DNA of 64,000 nucleotides from a virus (Duplodnaviria; Heunggongvirae; Uroviricota; Caudoviricetes): IMG/VR virus record IMGVR_UViG_2585427970_000001; one strand, 5' to 3'. Shown piece by piece: positions 61,401 to 64,000 of this stretch (position 1 is its first letter; each line of letters starts with the position of its first letter). The notes under the pieces were generated by a model. It saw only the letters and a program-made list of their open reading frames with translations, ran no database searches and was not told where the DNA came from. The position numbers and the translations under genes were made by a program.

Positions 61401-62172
61401 AAGTACCGGTAGGCAAGCGGTGAGCGCCAAGAAATTCAGCTTTACGGGATAAGCGCAGGCGTAACCGCTTCATGTTTGAACCTGAAACAATGGACGGCGG
61501 CACAATCACACACATGAATCCGCCAGGTTTTATCTTGTCCAGCATGCGGAGCATGAAGTAAGACCCCATGTCCGTTTCTTCTGCGTAAGGCTTATCGATG
61601 TTGCGTGTGTTATCACGACCGCCGAACGGAACGTTACCCACAACATGGTCGAATGAATCGTTAGGCGTGTTTATAGCCAGCTGTTCGAACGGGGAAATCT
61701 GTACGCTGTCTTCCGGGTGTAACAACTGGTTTATACGACCGGAAACACTGCTGATCTCAGTCGCGGTCATCACCGTACCAACCGGTTTTGTCTCATTAAA
61801 AACGCCGGTTCCCGCCGATGGTTCCAGAGTGTTACCTACGTCCGCGCCGTAGAGCTTCATGATCTCCCAGACACCTTCAGCGATAGGCTTTGGTGTGTAA
61901 TATTCGGAGACGGACCCGCCAATGCCGCCTTCACCAGTGTACCCGGCCAGGATCTGGCGCTGTTCATCTGTCAGTGTCGCGCCGTCCACCAGCGAATTAA
62001 GCAAATCTATCGCCTTCTGATTCGCCTCCCGGCGCAGTCGGTCATAGCTTTTGCCTTCCACCTTTTCCACGCCGTATTTAATCGGCGCTCGGTGAGATGT
62101 TATTGCCCTAATGTATTTCAATATTTCGCTGACACTTGAACAGCGAAACACACCCATAGATAGCTTGTTCAT
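55405..62172 (-). CDS. darB: DarB anti-restriction protein (N6-adenine methyltransferase + SF2 helicase fusion)
   Basis: 2255-aa ORF; MTase motifs LEPSAGTGVF and NVPFGG; helicase motifs GFGTGLGKTTTALA and ADEGHNYRN; length matches P1 DarB. Confidence 0.9.
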   Translation of the reverse strand: MNKLSMGVFRCSSVSEILKYIRAITSHRAPIKYGVEKVEGKSYDRLRREANQKAIDLLNSLVDGATLTDEQRQILAGYTGEGGIGGSVSEYYTPKPIAEGVWEIMKLYGADVGNTLEPSAGTGVFNETKPVGTVMTATEISSVSGRINQLLHPEDSVQISPFEQLAINTPNDSFDHVVGNVPFGGRDNTRNIDKPYAEETDMGSYFMLRMLDKIKPGGFMCVIVPPSIVSGSNMKRLRLRLSRKAEFLGAHRLPTGTFDANGTSTVVDVVLMRKHPAEMAEKIPLVDESTLESANVLWPTFISGKWFEKDGRRFVHGTQEKGFQGRIEVRADGQIDNQALKAKLIHRFESRIDWSLLDMAEPSPTADVVGEGEMRLINGVWQKYAGGRWIEADAGKELKIDAASYGADSWEALQRNLTTTEGRLGMTFTQMANVRDKYTTSISDDMVQLVDWINSQPEKYRERLYRGAMIGRMLIEYQDMKAAGHSAEQIEQQRLSLVSRLQAEIDRFGNPGRGPIAKLSGSGARAWFAFRGAIKLDGTISDELTGKLVTHDSSASYDSTSYQDTLRYLYSDLTRDPIQLDDFRLAFTGELPASDDELLNLLASTPGIAVSPYGGIVPFARATSGDINEIVAPKQEFLATLPDGPVKNNVLNQLAAIEEKRIKTPAENIRFKLNSRWFDRSVILEFLQENGYPDLRYVQSVQLEGDEMVSDTYHGGDGLFVGHRYGVVQRKDKETGEIRYEWDRKSGENATGFPAQLEKYLNGARIGGKDSATANGYREQMALLEDQFNKWIKTHDRYDELVAKYNDVFNSNIPYEHSGDPLGLKGLSGKRQPFDYQNSEVRRLSEDGRGILGFGTGLGKTTTALALEAFNYENGRSTRTAYVVPKSVLENWYYEAKEFLSEEAFSNYLFVGLDVLMDGDQIRQVPVLDENGKPVLGTDGTPVMRDALKLADEATITARMNAIPHSNYRAVVFTKEQYARIPLRDDTVDEHAQDMLYDFVAAGRVASAMDSDSHRKEAARRRVLSEYSDTGTEKAEKYPYFEDMGFDSVIADEGHNYRNSYKNGREASQLAYLPTSAVAQSARDMAIKNAYLMKKNGGRGPVLLTATPVVNTPIDAYNMLSHVLPKEYWQKMGIYGPDDFVKFFGKTRLETVQKISGEVEEKMALVGFENLDALRGIFHRWTTLKTAEDVKDTVEIPALDEHQQDAPLTEEQLAAYEELRQQAEATAKANNGVTTSVNEDGVIEHEKARPIFSIIRDMDRVCTDMDLYYRRITYRFLPEYADAVQQLADSLPKQATSEDDDSDDSITQQSQYSLIDKGEFIQLQVPEAFEQEVNKRLARFGIDEQTVTHPVTPKYAKLIATLKEFFPEGKQIIFTDEKTQHQKLKRIICNALNLEPSKVGILNAQTVAEAGKTGKKLKAVKPPKELPDEPTDAQIAKYNEQMALYDAYIAQQNEMSLGGLEKIAADFQEGRTPIIICNKKAEVGINLHRGTTDIHHLTLPWTPASIAQRNGRGARVGSNRASVRVHYYCGKGSFDEYRLKTLKRKAGWISDILRSDKSEMENADANDMIEMQMYTAKDDGERLAMMQVQMDKAKAAQRARQKEQATIDLQNYIKAQHAAGEDVEVLTAELERSKAELEKTTAEVAKFKQAVMAKAADNADWKARWGSVHHTDRMLLAQYRASLKNAIQRKANISQAISRYEKLLNRTQKAATDIKRLRPLVEDAINKGILDVDPDLVNHASEFLVIGDRSWRVGQYYDCAGDIVRIKSLDFDSQRADVEIIFTFKGTKSGNWDVKTLDKQVDVTPDEDAVMQKISGGVSIAGINDIISCDDFYRFQQRGMIKITDSYGVQTTESGYSIDFVGTYTDPLKHAVYPDRRDGALKSSIAKWVLGMMSEGNNRQIRSAETFLVELFGSNYGDVIASYGDTLSPEAIQEKIADAIARMPEKTSQGATRNGDSELEVTNAIFGTNEFRGSDYEITTAQFGTIGIYSNKAEIKQAMDAASARIAAEREANLNHAVAALTQSWVTAIREAATTGKITPAIADVVNDGSKFMDAYQMDAVKLPSAYGQLSYRMTYNLVSMFSDLAILGLVDLNEVTPELLSMRKNHVEILQRINTVLAGRTDEEKQADADRINLALGNITEEEIAARNEKQEELSSIQGDATSIAQSLGLNYRVSTADLKMMYAPKFAAGEVFGLQEASGMKGVLFRAKDAIKAKFGARWLPAKAKNSDFPGNWWIIETKHNVADVLAVIQQYA

Positions 62173-62238
62173 TGGTAATCCTTAACAAGTGACTAGTGTT
62201 AAATTCCGTTCAAACACGATGCGAATTATTCTAATTAA

Positions 62239-64000
<1,762 letters not shown>

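Overview
The window is a contiguous ~64 kb stretch of a P1-family phage-plasmid. Reading left to right it is colinear with the P1 map as I recall it: tail/head genes (21-23 position), parS/parB/parA, incA iterons/repA/incC iterons/oriR, small upf and lipoprotein genes, tRNA-Thr, tciABC, tRNA-Ile(CAT), ban helicase, a baseplate/tail block, small plus-strand genes including a VRR-NUC nuclease and the ppp phosphatase, phd/doc, pacA with its pac site, pacB, c1/coi, loxP/cre, ref, a type III R-M (mod/res), lxc, darB and the portal gene. Three things are not backbone. (1) Two inverted 1310-bp IS629-like copies: one splits the terminase gene pacB with a clean 3-bp target duplication, the other sits 2 bp from tRNA-Thr with no duplication. 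(2) An ~11 kb cargo island in which a divergent PapI-like/PapB-like regulator pair precedes a 2649-aa autotransporter, a Skp/OmpH-like chaperone and a small LuxR-type regulator. (3) A two-gene antirepressor-like operon between pacB and c1. The cargo island is my best candidate for an undescribed system. All family assignments come from reading the translations and from memory of the P1 map; no database search or computation was run.
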